58,506 nt of DNA from a bacterium (GTDB lineage: Bacteria; Desulfobacterota; DSWW01). The notes under the pieces were generated by a model. The model had not been told where the DNA came from, ran no database searches, and saw only the letters and a list, made by a program, of their open reading frames with translations. A program made the position numbers and the translations under genes. The stretch is taken from the NCBI GenBank assembly GCA_040756235.1, contig JBFLZG010000106.1, forward strand, positions 1 to 58,506, written 5' to 3'. Positions 41,501 through 53,078 of the stretch are shown here, piece after piece. Positions within the stretch are counted from its first letter, which is position 1; each line of letters opens with the position of its first letter.

Positions 41501-42128
41501 CTTGGCCGAGCACGCGGAAGAGATGAAGCGCTTCGGCGTAGTGGGCACGCGCGGGCTGCTGGAGCTGGCGGACGGCTCCGAAGTCGCGGTCGGCGGGATG
41601 ATCGCGTCCAAGAAAGAAGTGCAGACCAAGAAGGGCGAACGGATGGCCTTTGTCACGCTCGAAGACGAGGAGGGCCGGGTGGAGGTCATCGTGTTTCCCG
41701 AAGCCTACCGGGCCGCCTGGGCTTGCCTCACGGAGGAGGTGCCCGTGGTCATTCAGGGGAAGCTTGAGGTTACGGAGGAGGAGGTCGAAGAAGAGGAGGA
41801 CGACGAGCGCAGGAGGTTCGAAGGGCGAAAGAAGAGCGGAAAGATCGTGGCATCCAAGATCATGCCGTTGAAGGAGCTCCGCTACGCCAGAAAGGAAAGT
41901 GTTCATTTCGTGCTCCTCGAGGGCGGTGTGACGCGCCGGAACCTGGAGGAGCTGAGGGACATCCTGCTCGACTTTCCGGGGCCGTGCCCGGCTTTCCTCC
42001 ACCTTCAGCAACCGTCCCGGTGGGAGGTCACGCTCCGGTTGGGGAAAGACTTTTCCGTCAGGCCCTGCCCGGAGCTGGAGCAGAAGGTGGAACGCCTCTT
42101 CGGTAACTCCATCGTCCAAATTCAGTAG
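38598..42128 (+). CDS. dnaE: DNA polymerase III alpha subunit
   Basis: HLHLHTEYSLLDG, GRGSAAGS, PDIDVDF, KFDFLGL, YGFNKSHS. Confidence 0.97.
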   Translation: MAGREFVHLHLHTEYSLLDGSIRIEPLMKRLQDLGMGAAAITDHGCLFGVVDFYQKATAAGIRPVLGCEVYVAPGSRLDRSAHGIAEASHHLVLLVENEEGYRNLCRLVSAAYLEGFYYRPRVDKELLRAHNKGLIALSACLAGEIPSWILKDETGKARQAAEEYREIFDDGRFYLEVQENGIPDQARANGALLELARALSLPLVATNDCHYLLREDARSHDILLCIQTNKSLDDPDRLRFSTEQFYLKSSEEMWASFAHVPEALKNSVAVAERCSYRMVFGAYQYPRFEIPEEETLDSHLIARARQGLERRMKQKAVREKREVPEETVRHYRERLETELAIIRQMGYAGYFLIVYDFIAHARQKGIPVGPGRGSAAGSLVAFALEITNIDPIPYNLIFERFLNPERISMPDIDVDFCEARREEVIQYVIDKYGGQKNVSKIITFGTMKARAAVRDVGRALGMPYGDVDRLAKMIPMGMKLEDAIAQTPRLDEAIQGDPKAAELFAAARKLEGLVRHASTHAAGIVIASGTLEDFAPLYKDAKTGVVTTQFGMKPLEKLGLIKFDFLGLKTLTVIHKAVELIERNHGVRIDMNEIPLDDPQTYQLLARGDADGVFQLEGTGIRNLLVQLKPENLEEIIALVALYRPGPLKSGMVDDYIKRKHGKGKIKYLLPELRETLEETYGVIVYQEQVMKIATRVAGFTMGEADNLRYAMSKKVEAEMERQKDRFLEGAGKQGVARDKAAEIYRLIEQFAAYGFNKSHSAAYALVSYQTAYLKAHYPTEYMAALLTSEADRTEKLMRYVQYCREMGIPIDPPDINKGQWDFTVQHERIAFGIGAVKNIGEGAVESILAVRAEGGPFASFVDFCERVDSRKINRRVIESLVKSGAFDQLSDGKRAPLLGALDQVMEHAARIQSERESGQTSLFDEGPGRASSIEPRWNAHEFGEWSCSERLAFEKEALGFYLTGHPLAEHAEEMKRFGVVGTRGLLELADGSEVAVGGMIASKKEVQTKKGERMAFVTLEDEEGRVEVIVFPEAYRAAWACLTEEVPVVIQGKLEVTEEEVEEEEDDERRRFEGRKKSGKIVASKIMPLKELRYARKESVHFVLLEGGVTRRNLEELRDILLDFPGPCPAFLHLQQPSRWEVTLRLGKDFSVRPCPELEQKVERLFGNSIVQIQ

Positions 42129-42143
42129 TCGCATACGGTACAT

Positions 42144-42953
42144 ATGATGATAAGTAAAAGTAACTCATTATCTCTCGTGGCGACTCTTGCGGTCATCCTG
42201 ACCGGCCTGGGCTCGAGCCCTGCGGGCCTTTGCACCACGGCCTTGGCGGCCGACAGCGGCCAGACCATAACGGCTGAAGGGGATGGCGAGGCTTCGGTGG
42301 AAACCGCTGCAGGGTCTCAAGCTCAGGCACAGGCCTTGGACGATGCTCTCCGGCATGCGTTCGAAAAGGCCTTGCTGGAAATCCTTCCCCAGACGGCCTC
42401 GCTCGAGACCCAGGACAGAGTGGTTCGCGAGCTCGCGGCGAACAAGAAAGCCTTTCTGCTCAGCTATCGCGTCCTGTCGGAGATGCCTACCGAGAAGGTC
42501 TATTTCGTGACCGCAGAGGCGACCTTCTCTTCGGCCCTCATCCGACGGGCCTTGTCTGGAATCGAGGGGACCGGCATGAATGAGGCGGCCGCGAAGGGCA
42601 CGGAGATGCTGCTTCGCGTCGAGGGCGTCACTTCCTTCCAGTGGTTCGAGGCGCTCAGGCGATATCTGCGGGAGGGTCCGGGCGTCCGGTCCGTGCAGCC
42701 TCTGGAAGTCAACGGGACGACCGTGGTCTTGAGCGTCGCATTCGCCGGCAGGGCTGACGAGCTGGTGCAGCGGCTCGCGAGCTGGGCGCCGGAGCGCTGC
42801 CGCGTCCGGGTGAACCGGATTCAGGATCGAGAGATCTGGGTCATGCTGACACCGGCCGAAAGCGACGGAGTGGTGACCGAGTCGGTCTTCCCCTCCTCCC
42901 CTGTCGCGGACGACACACAGATGCCGAGGGCGGAAGACGGACCGCAGCCATGA
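42144..42953 (+). CDS. Exported hypothetical protein (FlgT-N/DUF2066-like N-terminus)
   Basis: Signal peptide; AEG...AQAQALDDALRHAFEKA; ATGA overlap with next gene. Confidence 0.55.
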   Translation: MMISKSNSLSLVATLAVILTGLGSSPAGLCTTALAADSGQTITAEGDGEASVETAAGSQAQAQALDDALRHAFEKALLEILPQTASLETQDRVVRELAANKKAFLLSYRVLSEMPTEKVYFVTAEATFSSALIRRALSGIEGTGMNEAAAKGTEMLLRVEGVTSFQWFEALRRYLREGPGVRSVQPLEVNGTTVVLSVAFAGRADELVQRLASWAPERCRVRVNRIQDREIWVMLTPAESDGVVTESVFPSSPVADDTQMPRAEDGPQP

Positions 42954-44284
42954 AGAAGCCGGGACTCCGAGTCATGTCGATCGACGGGCCTTGCGGCAAG
43001 CACCTTCCGGTCGCGCCCGGAGACCGGGTCGTGGAGGTCGACGGACACCCGGTGGCAGATGAGCTCGACTTCCGCTTCTACGCCGGGGGCAGGCGTGCGG
43101 AGCTCGAGATCGTGCGCGGGAGCGATGGGAGACGGCAGAGCGTGCGGGTCTCGGAACCGGCCGTACGCGCCCTGACCTTCGAAGCGATGGCTCCCGCGCG
43201 GTGCCGCAATCGCTGCCTGTTTTGCTTCGTCGACCAGCTGCCTGCAGGATTGAGGCGGTCCTTGTACGTGAAGGACGAGGACTATCGCTTTTCCTTTCTC
43301 CACGGCAACTTCGTGACTCTCGCGTCGCTCGAGGACGCGGAGCTGGAGCGCATCATCCGCCTGAAGCTGGGGCCGCTCTACGTTTCGGTGCACGCCACGG
43401 ACGAGAGGGTCCGCAACCGGCTGCTCGGGAGGAAGGAGAGCCGGAACATCCTGGAGTCCATGCGCGCGCTGGCCGCAGGCGGGATCGTCCTGCACGCGCA
43501 GGTGGTCCTCTGTCCAGGGATCAACGACGGCGAGATCCTGAAGATGACGGTGGAAGACCTCGCCCGCCTGCATCCGGCCGTCTCCTCGATCGGCATCGTG
43601 CCGGTCGGCTTGACACGCTTCCGGAAGAGGAACCGGCTCCATCCGCTGCGGCCCGTATCCAAGGCGCTGGCCGTGCGGCTGGTCGATCTCGTGTCCGAGA
43701 TGCAGAGGGCTTTCCGGGTGAAGCTCGGGCACCCTCTCGTCTTTCTGGCCGACGAGCTCTACTTGAAGGCGGGCCGGCCCTTCCCCCCGTGCACCTGGTA
43801 CGGCGAGTTTCCCCAGTGGGAAAACGGAGTGGGCATGGTGACGCTCTTCGAGCGCCAGTGGAAAGAGCAGAGACGAAGGAGGCGAAGCCGGCTCTGCTCG
43901 AGGCGGCGGATTGCGGCGGTAACGGGAGAGCTCGCTTTTCCTGGCCTGCTCCCGTACGTGAGCTGGCTCGAGCAGGCCAGGGGTGTTTCCCTGCGCCTGA
44001 TTCCCGTCCGCAACCGCTTCTTCGGAAGGCGGGTGAACGTGACCGGCCTGTTGACCGGCCGGGACGTCCTGGAGCAGTCGAAGCGCGGAGTCGGCTCGGA
44101 GGATCTCCTGCTCATCCCCGATGTGATGCTCTCCAGGGGCGACGAGCCGCGCTTCCTCGATGACCTTTGCCTTGGCGAGCTGGAACAGGAGCTGGGGATT
44201 GCGGTGCAACGGTTCCGCCCCGACCCGGCCGGGGTGGAGGACGCGTTGCATCGATCCATGCGGAAAGGCTCAACAAGAGGTTGA
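42950..44284 (+). CDS. PDZ + radical SAM DUF512 protein
   Basis: CRNRCLFCFVDQLP, LYVKDEDYRFSFL, LCPGINDG, ADELYL, QWENGVG. Confidence 0.88.
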   Translation: MKKPGLRVMSIDGPCGKHLPVAPGDRVVEVDGHPVADELDFRFYAGGRRAELEIVRGSDGRRQSVRVSEPAVRALTFEAMAPARCRNRCLFCFVDQLPAGLRRSLYVKDEDYRFSFLHGNFVTLASLEDAELERIIRLKLGPLYVSVHATDERVRNRLLGRKESRNILESMRALAAGGIVLHAQVVLCPGINDGEILKMTVEDLARLHPAVSSIGIVPVGLTRFRKRNRLHPLRPVSKALAVRLVDLVSEMQRAFRVKLGHPLVFLADELYLKAGRPFPPCTWYGEFPQWENGVGMVTLFERQWKEQRRRRRSRLCSRRRIAAVTGELAFPGLLPYVSWLEQARGVSLRLIPVRNRFFGRRVNVTGLLTGRDVLEQSKRGVGSEDLLLIPDVMLSRGDEPRFLDDLCLGELEQELGIAVQRFRPDPAGVEDALHRSMRKGSTRG

Positions 44285-44333
44285 CACCTATAGTAAAAGC
44301 TGTTAGATAATAGTATCTTTTGAGCGGAATCGT

Positions 44334-44408
44334 AGGCACGTAGCTCAGGGGGAGAGCACTACCTTGACGCGGTAGGGGTCGGCGGTTCAAATCCGCCCGT
44401 GCCTACCA
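44334..44408 (+). tRNA. tRNA-Val(GAC)
   Basis: Acceptor AGGCACG/CGTGCCT+ACCA, anticodon arm CTACC-TTGACGC-GGTAG, T loop GGTTCAAATCC; TTGACA at 44281 upstream. Confidence 0.97.
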
Positions 44409-44619
44409 TTTTTTTTCGGCTTTTCAGTGGAACCCGGATTCAAGGTCGAATGGTTCTCGAGGCGCGCGTTTCGTCGAGACTTCGATGGGGGCCCCCCTCG
44501 ATCGCAAGCGCCACGGAATTCCGGCTCGATCGGGATTCCCTTGCTGCCTCACGATGACAGATGCCGGCCGGCAACGAGGACGAGCGGCTGCGTGGAGCGA
44601 TCCTTCCTGAGAGGTTCTT

Positions 44620-46560
<1,941 letters not shown>

Positions 46561-46650
46561 CAAGGCGGCGTGCCCTTTCCCCTGGCTGTCGGGCGACCAC
46601 GGCGTGTTGGATGGCGGTTGGCCGACTGTTTGGGCAGCTGGCCACAATGA

Positions 46651-46823
46651 AGGCTGTTCAAAAATGCCCAGATGCAAGGCAGGCGAAGTTCTGAGGCTTG
46701 TTCCGAGGAGCGAGAGCGACGAGGGAACCCCCGGCTACAGTTGTCCGCCGCAGCAGCGGCGCCGGGAGACCGCTTCGCAAAGCCTCGCGGCAGGCTCCGC
46801 AGATGGGCGTTTTTCAACAGCCT
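46651..46823. repeat. Repeat family B copy with nested family C
   Basis: Arms AGGCTGTTCAAAAATGCCCA / TGGGCGTTTTTCAACAGCCT. Confidence 0.82.
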
Positions 46824-46865
46824 GGGCAATCAACGTCAGAGAAAGGAGAGCTAACAGAGGAAAGA

Positions 46866-47378
46866 ATGGTCAACATCAATCGTGAGATTCGGTCCACAGA
46901 GGTTCGGCTGATCGACGCGGACGGCGGACAGGTTGGGATCGTAACCCTCGAAGAAGCGCTGCGGATGGCAGGTGAGATCGGTCTGGATCTCGTGGAGGTC
47001 GCACCCAACTCGACCCCTCCGGTCTGCCGGATCATGGATTACGGCAAGTACAAGTACCAGCAGGCCAAGAAGGTCAAGGATGCCAAGAAGAAGCAGACCG
47101 TCATCCAGGTCAAGGAAGTGAAGCTGAGTCCCAAGACGGACGAGCACGACCTCGAGTACAAGATCGCGCACGTCAAGCGCTTCCTGACCGAAGGGAACCG
47201 GGCCAAGGTCACGATCCAGTTCCGGGGCCGGGAGATCGCCTATCCGGAGATCGCGAGACGGGTGGTCGCGACCATCATGTCGAACGTGGAAGGGATCGGG
47301 GCGGTGGAGCAGGAGCCCAGAATGGAGGGCCGGCGAATGATTTTCATCTTGCGGCCGCTCTCAGCCGGCAAGCACTAG
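46866..47378 (+). CDS. infC: Translation initiation factor IF-3
   Basis: INREIR, LDLVEVAP, CRIMDYGKYKY, FRGRE; start tentative. Confidence 0.95.
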   Translation: MVNINREIRSTEVRLIDADGGQVGIVTLEEALRMAGEIGLDLVEVAPNSTPPVCRIMDYGKYKYQQAKKVKDAKKKQTVIQVKEVKLSPKTDEHDLEYKIAHVKRFLTEGNRAKVTIQFRGREIAYPEIARRVVATIMSNVEGIGAVEQEPRMEGRRMIFILRPLSAGKH

Positions 47379-47482
47379 AGGTTCCGGTCGGCCGCCATCA
47401 TTCACCAGATCGAATCCTCATCCGGAAGCGGATTTTAGCGGGGTCCGTCTTTCATGGCGGACGGGCGGAAGGAGAACTTGGA

Positions 47483-47680
47483 ATGCCCAAGATCAGGACC
47501 AATCGGAGCGCCCACAAGCGGTTTCGCACCACAGGCACGGGCAAGATCCGGCGCAACAAGGCGTTCAAGAGCCACATCTTGACGAAGAAGAACCGCAAGC
47601 GGAAGAGAGACCTGCGCCAGTCGACCATCCTGCACGGCTCCAATGAGGCGCAGGTGCGTCGGATGATCCCTTATGCTTGA
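47483..47680 (+). CDS. rpmI: 50S ribosomal protein L35
   Basis: MPKIRTNRSAHKRF...HILTKK. Confidence 0.96.
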   Translation: MPKIRTNRSAHKRFRTTGTGKIRRNKAFKSHILTKKNRKRKRDLRQSTILHGSNEAQVRRMIPYA

Positions 47681-47810
47681 AGAGGCTCACGATAAACGGC
47701 CATCTGCGGCGTTGCGCTCATCCTTCGTCACTGCGGCGTACTGCCATGTACGCCTCGCTCCTCAGGATCTCGCGCGCCTTGCATCTGGCCGTTTCTCGCG
47801 AGCCTCTCAA
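47677..47810. repeat. Repeat family B, minimal form, between rpmI and rplT
   Basis: Arms GAGGCTCACGATAAACGGCCA / TGGCCGTTTCTCGCGAGCCTC. Confidence 0.88.
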
Positions 47811-47985
47811 CAGAGTTCTTGATGTTCTTCGAACAGGGTCGATCACGACGCAAGAGGTAAAGGGTAGAGAGGCAAGAGGGTAGCAGGGAGAAAACACTTC
47901 CCCCTCCTGAGCGGTGCAGCAGCGAGCCCGCACTCAGGTCCGCACTCACTCCCGGGAATCGCTGCCGAAGAAAGGGGAACCCAAC

Positions 47986-48387
47986 ATGTCGCGCGTGAAA
48001 CGAGGCAAGACGGCACACAAGAGGAAGAAGAAGGTCCTGTCCCAGACCAAGGGCAACTACGGCGCCCGCGGAAATGTCTACCGCAAGGCCAAGGAGACGC
48101 TGTTGCGGGCCGGCGCGTACGCGTACCGGGACCGCAAGTCCAAGAAACGGGTTGTGAGAAGCCTCTGGATCACCCGCATCAACGCGGCCGCCAGGCTTTT
48201 CGACCTCTCCTACAGCCAGTTCATCCACGGCCTGAAACTGGCGGAAGTCGATCTGGACAGGAAGGTCCTGGCCGACATGGCGGTCAGAGATCCCGAAGGT
48301 TTCGGACGGATCGCGGAGCTGGCCAAGGGCCGTCTTTCCCTCGAGCACGGGCAGGGTGCTCCCGCGGGTGCGCAGGCGACAGCTTGA
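47986..48387 (+). CDS. rplT: 50S ribosomal protein L20
   Basis: [29 protein letters not shown]. Confidence 0.96.
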   Translation: MSRVKRGKTAHKRKKKVLSQTKGNYGARGNVYRKAKETLLRAGAYAYRDRKSKKRVVRSLWITRINAAARLFDLSYSQFIHGLKLAEVDLDRKVLADMAVRDPEGFGRIAELAKGRLSLEHGQGAPAGAQATA

Positions 48388-48401
48388 CTTCAGGAGCGGG
48401 C

Positions 48402-49418
48402 ATGCGGGATCAGCTTCTCTCCCTCCGTGAGGAGGCGCTTCGAGCTCTGGCTGCGGCCTCGAGTGAACAACAGATCGAAGAGATCCGGGTCAAGTATCTG
48501 GGCCGCAAGGGACGCCTCACGGAATTGCTGCGCGGGGTCAAGTTCCTGCCTGCCGAAGAGAGGCCCGCCGTCGGCCAGGTCGCCAACACCGTGAAGGAAG
48601 GTCTGGCTCGCGAGATCGAGGCCCATCAGCAGCGGATCCGGGAAGCGGCGACGCTGAAGCGGATCTCCGAGGAGCGCGTCGACGTCACCCTTCCGGGCAG
48701 AAGGCCGCCCAGGGGAAGCTATCACCCGCTCACGCTGGTGACCCGCCAGATCGTCTCCGTCTTTCAGCGCATGGGTTTCGAAGCGGTCGAAGGACCTGAG
48801 GTCGATCGCGATTTCTACAACTTCGAAGCGCTGAACATGCCCAAGGACCATCCTGCCCGGGACATGCAGGACACCTTCTATATCGACTCCGATACGGTCC
48901 TGAGGACGCACACCTCCAACGTGCAGATCCACACGATGATGGCCCGCAAGCCGCCCCTCAGGGTCATCGCTCCCGGCACCGTCTACCGGTGCGACTCGGA
49001 CCAGACCCATTCGCCCATGTTCCACCAGGTCGAGGGCTTCCTGGTGGACAGGGACGTGAGCTTCGCCGAGCTCAAGGGAGTTCTGACCGCTTTCGTGCAC
49101 GCCTTGTTCTCACCCGACGTGCCGCTCCGATTCCGGCCCAGCTACTTCCCGTTCACCGAGCCCAGCGCAGAGGTGGACATCGGGTGCTTCCTCTGCAAGG
49201 GCGAGGGCTGCAGGGTCTGCTCGCACAGCGGATGGATCGAGATCCTCGGCTCCGGCATGATTCACCCGGAGGTGTTCCGCATGGTGGGCTACGAGCCGGG
49301 CGCCTACACCGGTTTCGCTTTCGGCCTGGGTATCGAGCGCGTCGCCATGCTCAAGTACGGAATCGACGACATCCGGCTGTTCTTCGAGAACGATACGAGA
49401 TTTCTGGAGCAGTTCTGA
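48402..49418 (+). CDS. pheS: Phenylalanine--tRNA ligase alpha subunit
   Basis: [31 protein letters not shown]. Confidence 0.97.
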   Translation: MRDQLLSLREEALRALAAASSEQQIEEIRVKYLGRKGRLTELLRGVKFLPAEERPAVGQVANTVKEGLAREIEAHQQRIREAATLKRISEERVDVTLPGRRPPRGSYHPLTLVTRQIVSVFQRMGFEAVEGPEVDRDFYNFEALNMPKDHPARDMQDTFYIDSDTVLRTHTSNVQIHTMMARKPPLRVIAPGTVYRCDSDQTHSPMFHQVEGFLVDRDVSFAELKGVLTAFVHALFSPDVPLRFRPSYFPFTEPSAEVDIGCFLCKGEGCRVCSHSGWIEILGSGMIHPEVFRMVGYEPGAYTGFAFGLGIERVAMLKYGIDDIRLFFENDTRFLEQF

Positions 49419-49524
49419 CATGGTTGCGGTTCGAGCTTCGCGCCAAGCGTGTTCGGGCTCCGCGCCGCCGCTGCGTCGGTCCGCGTCCCAGGCGGATCGG
49501 TCGCGGACAGGGAGGGCTTAAGGC

Positions 49525-51930
49525 GTGAAAGTCACCCTGCAATGGCTCCAGGATCACATCGAGATCTCCGACACGGCCGATGAGATCGCCGCCCTGCTCA
49601 CGCATCAGGGTCTCGAGGTTTCCTCCTGCACGCAGGTCCGCGCAGGCTTCGAAGGCGTCCGTACCTGCCGGATCCTCTCTGCCGAAATCGTTCCCGGGCT
49701 GGAGAAGCTGTGGACCTGCCGACTGGATACGGGAAGGGGTGAAGCGGTCGTGCTCTGCGGGGCCCCCAACGTGCGTGTCGGCGCCGTGGCGGCCCTGGCC
49801 GCTCCGGGCAGCCGTCTGGCCTCCGGCCAGAGGATCCAGGCGACCCGCATACGCGGCGTGCTGTCCGAGGGAATGCTGTGCTCCGAGGCCGAGCTCGGCC
49901 TCTCGGAAGACCATTCCGGCATCCTGCTCCTGGCGGACGACACGCCCCTCGGCAAGGATCTCGCGGACGTGCTGTCCCTGGCAGACCACGTCCTGGACGT
50001 CGAGGTGACGCCCAACCGCCCCGATTGCCTCAGCGTCATCGGCATCGCCCGGGAGATCGCCGCCAAGAAGAGGCTCCCGCTCCGTTACCCCGACAGCTCG
50101 ATCCGGGAAGCAGGGCCGCCCGTCGGGGAGGTGACCTCCGTCGAGATCCTCTCGCCCGAGCGCTGTCCGCGTTACGTGGCGCGAGTGCTCGAAGGGGTGC
50201 GCATCGGGCCGTCGCCTTTCGGGCTGCGCAGGCGGCTCTCCCTTGTGGGATTGCGGCCGATCAACAATATCGTGGATGTCACCAACTTCGTGATGTGGGA
50301 GCTGGGTCAGCCGCTGCATGCCTTCGACCTGGACCGGTTGGAGGATCGCCGGATCGTGGTCCGGCTGCCCCGGGAAGGCGAAAGTCTGGCCACTCTGGAC
50401 GGGGTGGAACGCAGGCTGAGCGGCGAGGATCTCCTGATCTGCGATGGCCGGCGTCCCGTCGCCCTGGCGGGCATCATGGGAGGCCAGGAGAGCGAGATCC
50501 GGGAGGATACGGCCCGCATTCTGCTGGAAAGCGCTTTCTTCGAACCGAGAGGGATCCGCAGGACCGCCAAGCGCCAGTGCCTGTCCACCGAGGCGTCCTA
50601 CCGCTTCGAGCGCGAGATCGACAGGCAGGGCGTGCTGCGGGCCGCCGACCGTGCCGCCGAGATGATGCGGCAGCTGGCAGGCGGAAGCGTCCTTCGTGGC
50701 GCCGTCGACGTCTACCCGGTCCCTTACCGGCCCAAGGCGATCGCGCTTTCGGCATCCAAGGTGAACCGTCTGCTCGGGACATCCCTGGAGAAAGGGCAGA
50801 TCCTCGACTTTCTGCAAAGGCTGGATTTACGGCTCGAGGACGCCGGAGAGGACGCTTTTACCGTGACCGCTCCCTCCTTCCGGCCGGATATCCGGGAAGA
50901 GATGGACGTGGTGGAGGAAGTGGCGCGCCTGAACGGCTATGACCGGATTCCGACACGGATGCCGGTCGGGCCGCTCTCTGCGGCCGCTGCGGACCCGGAA
51001 AGAACGGCAGAGGAGAAGATCCGGGACCTCCTGGTGGGGCTGGGATTTCAGGAGGTGGTTCAGTACAGCTTCGTGCCCAGGAGCTGGGTCGAAATGATGG
51101 GCAACGGGGCGCCGGATTCAGGAATGGCGCCGGTGGCTCTGCAGAATCCGCTGAGCGAGGCCCAGGCGGTGCTGCGCACCACACTGGCCGGTTCCTTACT
51201 TGATGCCGTTTCTCGCAATATCCGCAAAAATAACCGGAATCTAAAGATTTTCGAGTTGAACAAGATTTTCCTTCCAGCCCCGGACGGTGGTCTGCCGCGA
51301 GAGCAGAAGAGGCTCGCAGCGATCTTGACCGGGAGGCGTTATCCGCGCCAGTGGAACCAACCCTCGGAGGAGGTCGATGCCTACGATCTGAAGGGGGTGA
51401 TCGAGGTCATATTGGAGGCTTTTGGCGTTCGAACTTTCGATTGGTCTCCTAATGAGCAAATTTTCTCTTTACATCCAGGATGTTCCGGTGATATCGTGAT
51501 AAATGTGACGAAGGCGGGCCATGCAGGCAGGCTCCATCCGCTGTTGCAGGAGCGGCTCGAGATCGATCAGGACGTGTACCTCCTGGAGATGGAGTTTGGC
51601 GCGCTCGTTGCACGTCAGGACGAGCGCAAGGTCTACACGCCGATCGGCCGTTTCCCTGCGGTCCAACGCGACGTGGCTTTGATTCTGGATAAAGCAATTC
51701 CCTTTCGAAGAATCGTGGAGGAGATGTGGTCGAGAGCGGACAGGAGCGTCGTGAGGATCGATCTGTTCGATCTTTATCGAGGTCCGCCCGTACCGGACAG
51801 TCAGAAGAGCCTGGCTTTCCGGATCACGTACCAGGACCCTTCCAGGACGCTGACCGATGAGGAGGTCAACACCTTGCATCAGCGCTTCCTGGATGCGCTC
51901 CTTCCGAGACTGAATGCCCAGCTGCGATGA
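49525..51930 (+). CDS. pheT: Phenylalanine--tRNA ligase beta subunit
   Basis: CGAPNV, SEGMLCS, TPNRPDCLS, NNIVDVTN, RTLTDEEV. Confidence 0.96.
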   Translation: MKVTLQWLQDHIEISDTADEIAALLTHQGLEVSSCTQVRAGFEGVRTCRILSAEIVPGLEKLWTCRLDTGRGEAVVLCGAPNVRVGAVAALAAPGSRLASGQRIQATRIRGVLSEGMLCSEAELGLSEDHSGILLLADDTPLGKDLADVLSLADHVLDVEVTPNRPDCLSVIGIAREIAAKKRLPLRYPDSSIREAGPPVGEVTSVEILSPERCPRYVARVLEGVRIGPSPFGLRRRLSLVGLRPINNIVDVTNFVMWELGQPLHAFDLDRLEDRRIVVRLPREGESLATLDGVERRLSGEDLLICDGRRPVALAGIMGGQESEIREDTARILLESAFFEPRGIRRTAKRQCLSTEASYRFEREIDRQGVLRAADRAAEMMRQLAGGSVLRGAVDVYPVPYRPKAIALSASKVNRLLGTSLEKGQILDFLQRLDLRLEDAGEDAFTVTAPSFRPDIREEMDVVEEVARLNGYDRIPTRMPVGPLSAAAADPERTAEEKIRDLLVGLGFQEVVQYSFVPRSWVEMMGNGAPDSGMAPVALQNPLSEAQAVLRTTLAGSLLDAVSRNIRKNNRNLKIFELNKIFLPAPDGGLPREQKRLAAILTGRRYPRQWNQPSEEVDAYDLKGVIEVILEAFGVRTFDWSPNEQIFSLHPGCSGDIVINVTKAGHAGRLHPLLQERLEIDQDVYLLEMEFGALVARQDERKVYTPIGRFPAVQRDVALILDKAIPFRRIVEEMWSRADRSVVRIDLFDLYRGPPVPDSQKSLAFRITYQDPSRTLTDEEVNTLHQRFLDALLPRLNAQLR

Positions 51931-52008
51931 GCGTGGCCATCAAGGGGCAAGGGGCGTTTTCGGGGGGTATTTTCTTATCGGACCGGCTTATCGGGGGAGG
52001 GAGCACGC

Positions 52009-52293
52009 ATGACCAAAGCCGACATCGTGGCGACAATCTATGAGAAGGTGGGGATTTCGAAAACCGAATCTTCGGATGTCGTCGAGAGCGTGTTCGAGAT
52101 TCTGAAGGAGACCCTTGCCAAAGGCGAGAAGGTGAAGATATCCGGCTTCGGCACCTTCTACGTAAAAGACAAGAACCCGCGCAAGGGCAGAAATCCCCAG
52201 ACAGGACAGGGCATCACGATCACAGCCCGGAACGTGCTCACCTTCAAACCCAGTCAGGTGCTCAAGAGAGCTCTGAATCAGCTCGGCAACTGA
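52009..52293 (+). CDS. ihfA: Integration host factor alpha
   Basis: MTKADIV, VKISGFG, GRNPQTG, TFKPS; follows pheT. Confidence 0.93.
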   Translation: MTKADIVATIYEKVGISKTESSDVVESVFEILKETLAKGEKVKISGFGTFYVKDKNPRKGRNPQTGQGITITARNVLTFKPSQVLKRALNQLGN

Positions 52294-52379
52294 GAGAGAA
52301 GGCGCGGGCGGTGGCGGAAGGTAAATGGGGGTCGCTTTCAGAAATGCAAGAGGATTCCCTGGAAAAGGGGGAAATCACG

Positions 52380-52766
52380 ATGAGCGCTGTAGCCAAACCC
52401 ATTTCGTCCGGCAAGAAGTATCCCATTCCTGACAAGCTCTACCTGAAGATCGGGGAGGTGGCGGAAATCACGGGGGTCAAGCCGTACGTGCTCCGGTACT
52501 GGGAATCGGAGTTCAAGATGGTCAATCCCTCGAAGAGCCGATCCCGCCAGAGGCTGTATCGCAAAGCCGACGTGGAGCTGATCTTCAAGATCAAGGAGCT
52601 GCTCTACGAGGAGCGCTACACGATCAACGGCGCCCGCAAGAAGCTCCGGGAGATGGGGTACGGGAAGATCTGCCAGCCCGAGCTCCAGTTCGAAAACGAG
52701 GACAACCAGAAGATCCTCGAAGAGGCCATCGAGGAGCTCAAGGATCTTCAGCAGATGCTCAAGTAG
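52380..52766 (+). CDS. MerR-family regulator (ihfA-linked type)
   Basis: IPDKLYLKIGEVA, VLRYWESEF, YTINGARKKL. Confidence 0.9.
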   Translation: MSAVAKPISSGKKYPIPDKLYLKIGEVAEITGVKPYVLRYWESEFKMVNPSKSRSRQRLYRKADVELIFKIKELLYEERYTINGARKKLREMGYGKICQPELQFENEDNQKILEEAIEELKDLQQMLK

Positions 52767-53078
52767 AAGTCTGCCCCAGAAGCGCGGATTGAGGCCGGCA
52801 GGCTGGAACTATAGGTGTTTTGAGGACACCCTCTCAAGTAACGGCGTGGTCCGGGTTGCGTCCCGCCTTCACCCTGAACCCACAAGAAGTGAGCGCTCCG
52901 CCCGCTCCGACGCGTGCGGAGAAAAATTTCCTCAGCCGATTCCCGCATTCACTGCCCCGGATACAAGCCCTGCGGGCCTCGCTGCGGCGCCGTCCTGTGA
53001 CTCTCGAGTGAACCGCGGGTTTGCAGCACGGGGCCATTTCGTTCGTTCCGGAAAAACCTGCTCTGCTGCGTGGTGCTC

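Noticed and set aside
41770..41835. Acidic insertion in DnaE as an intein
   Set aside because: Only about 20 aa with no splicing motifs; most likely a loop expansion
52767..53070. tRNA-Pro commonly found after ihfA-merR, or a 6S-like RNA
   Set aside because: No cloverleaf or T-loop and no convincing long duplex seen
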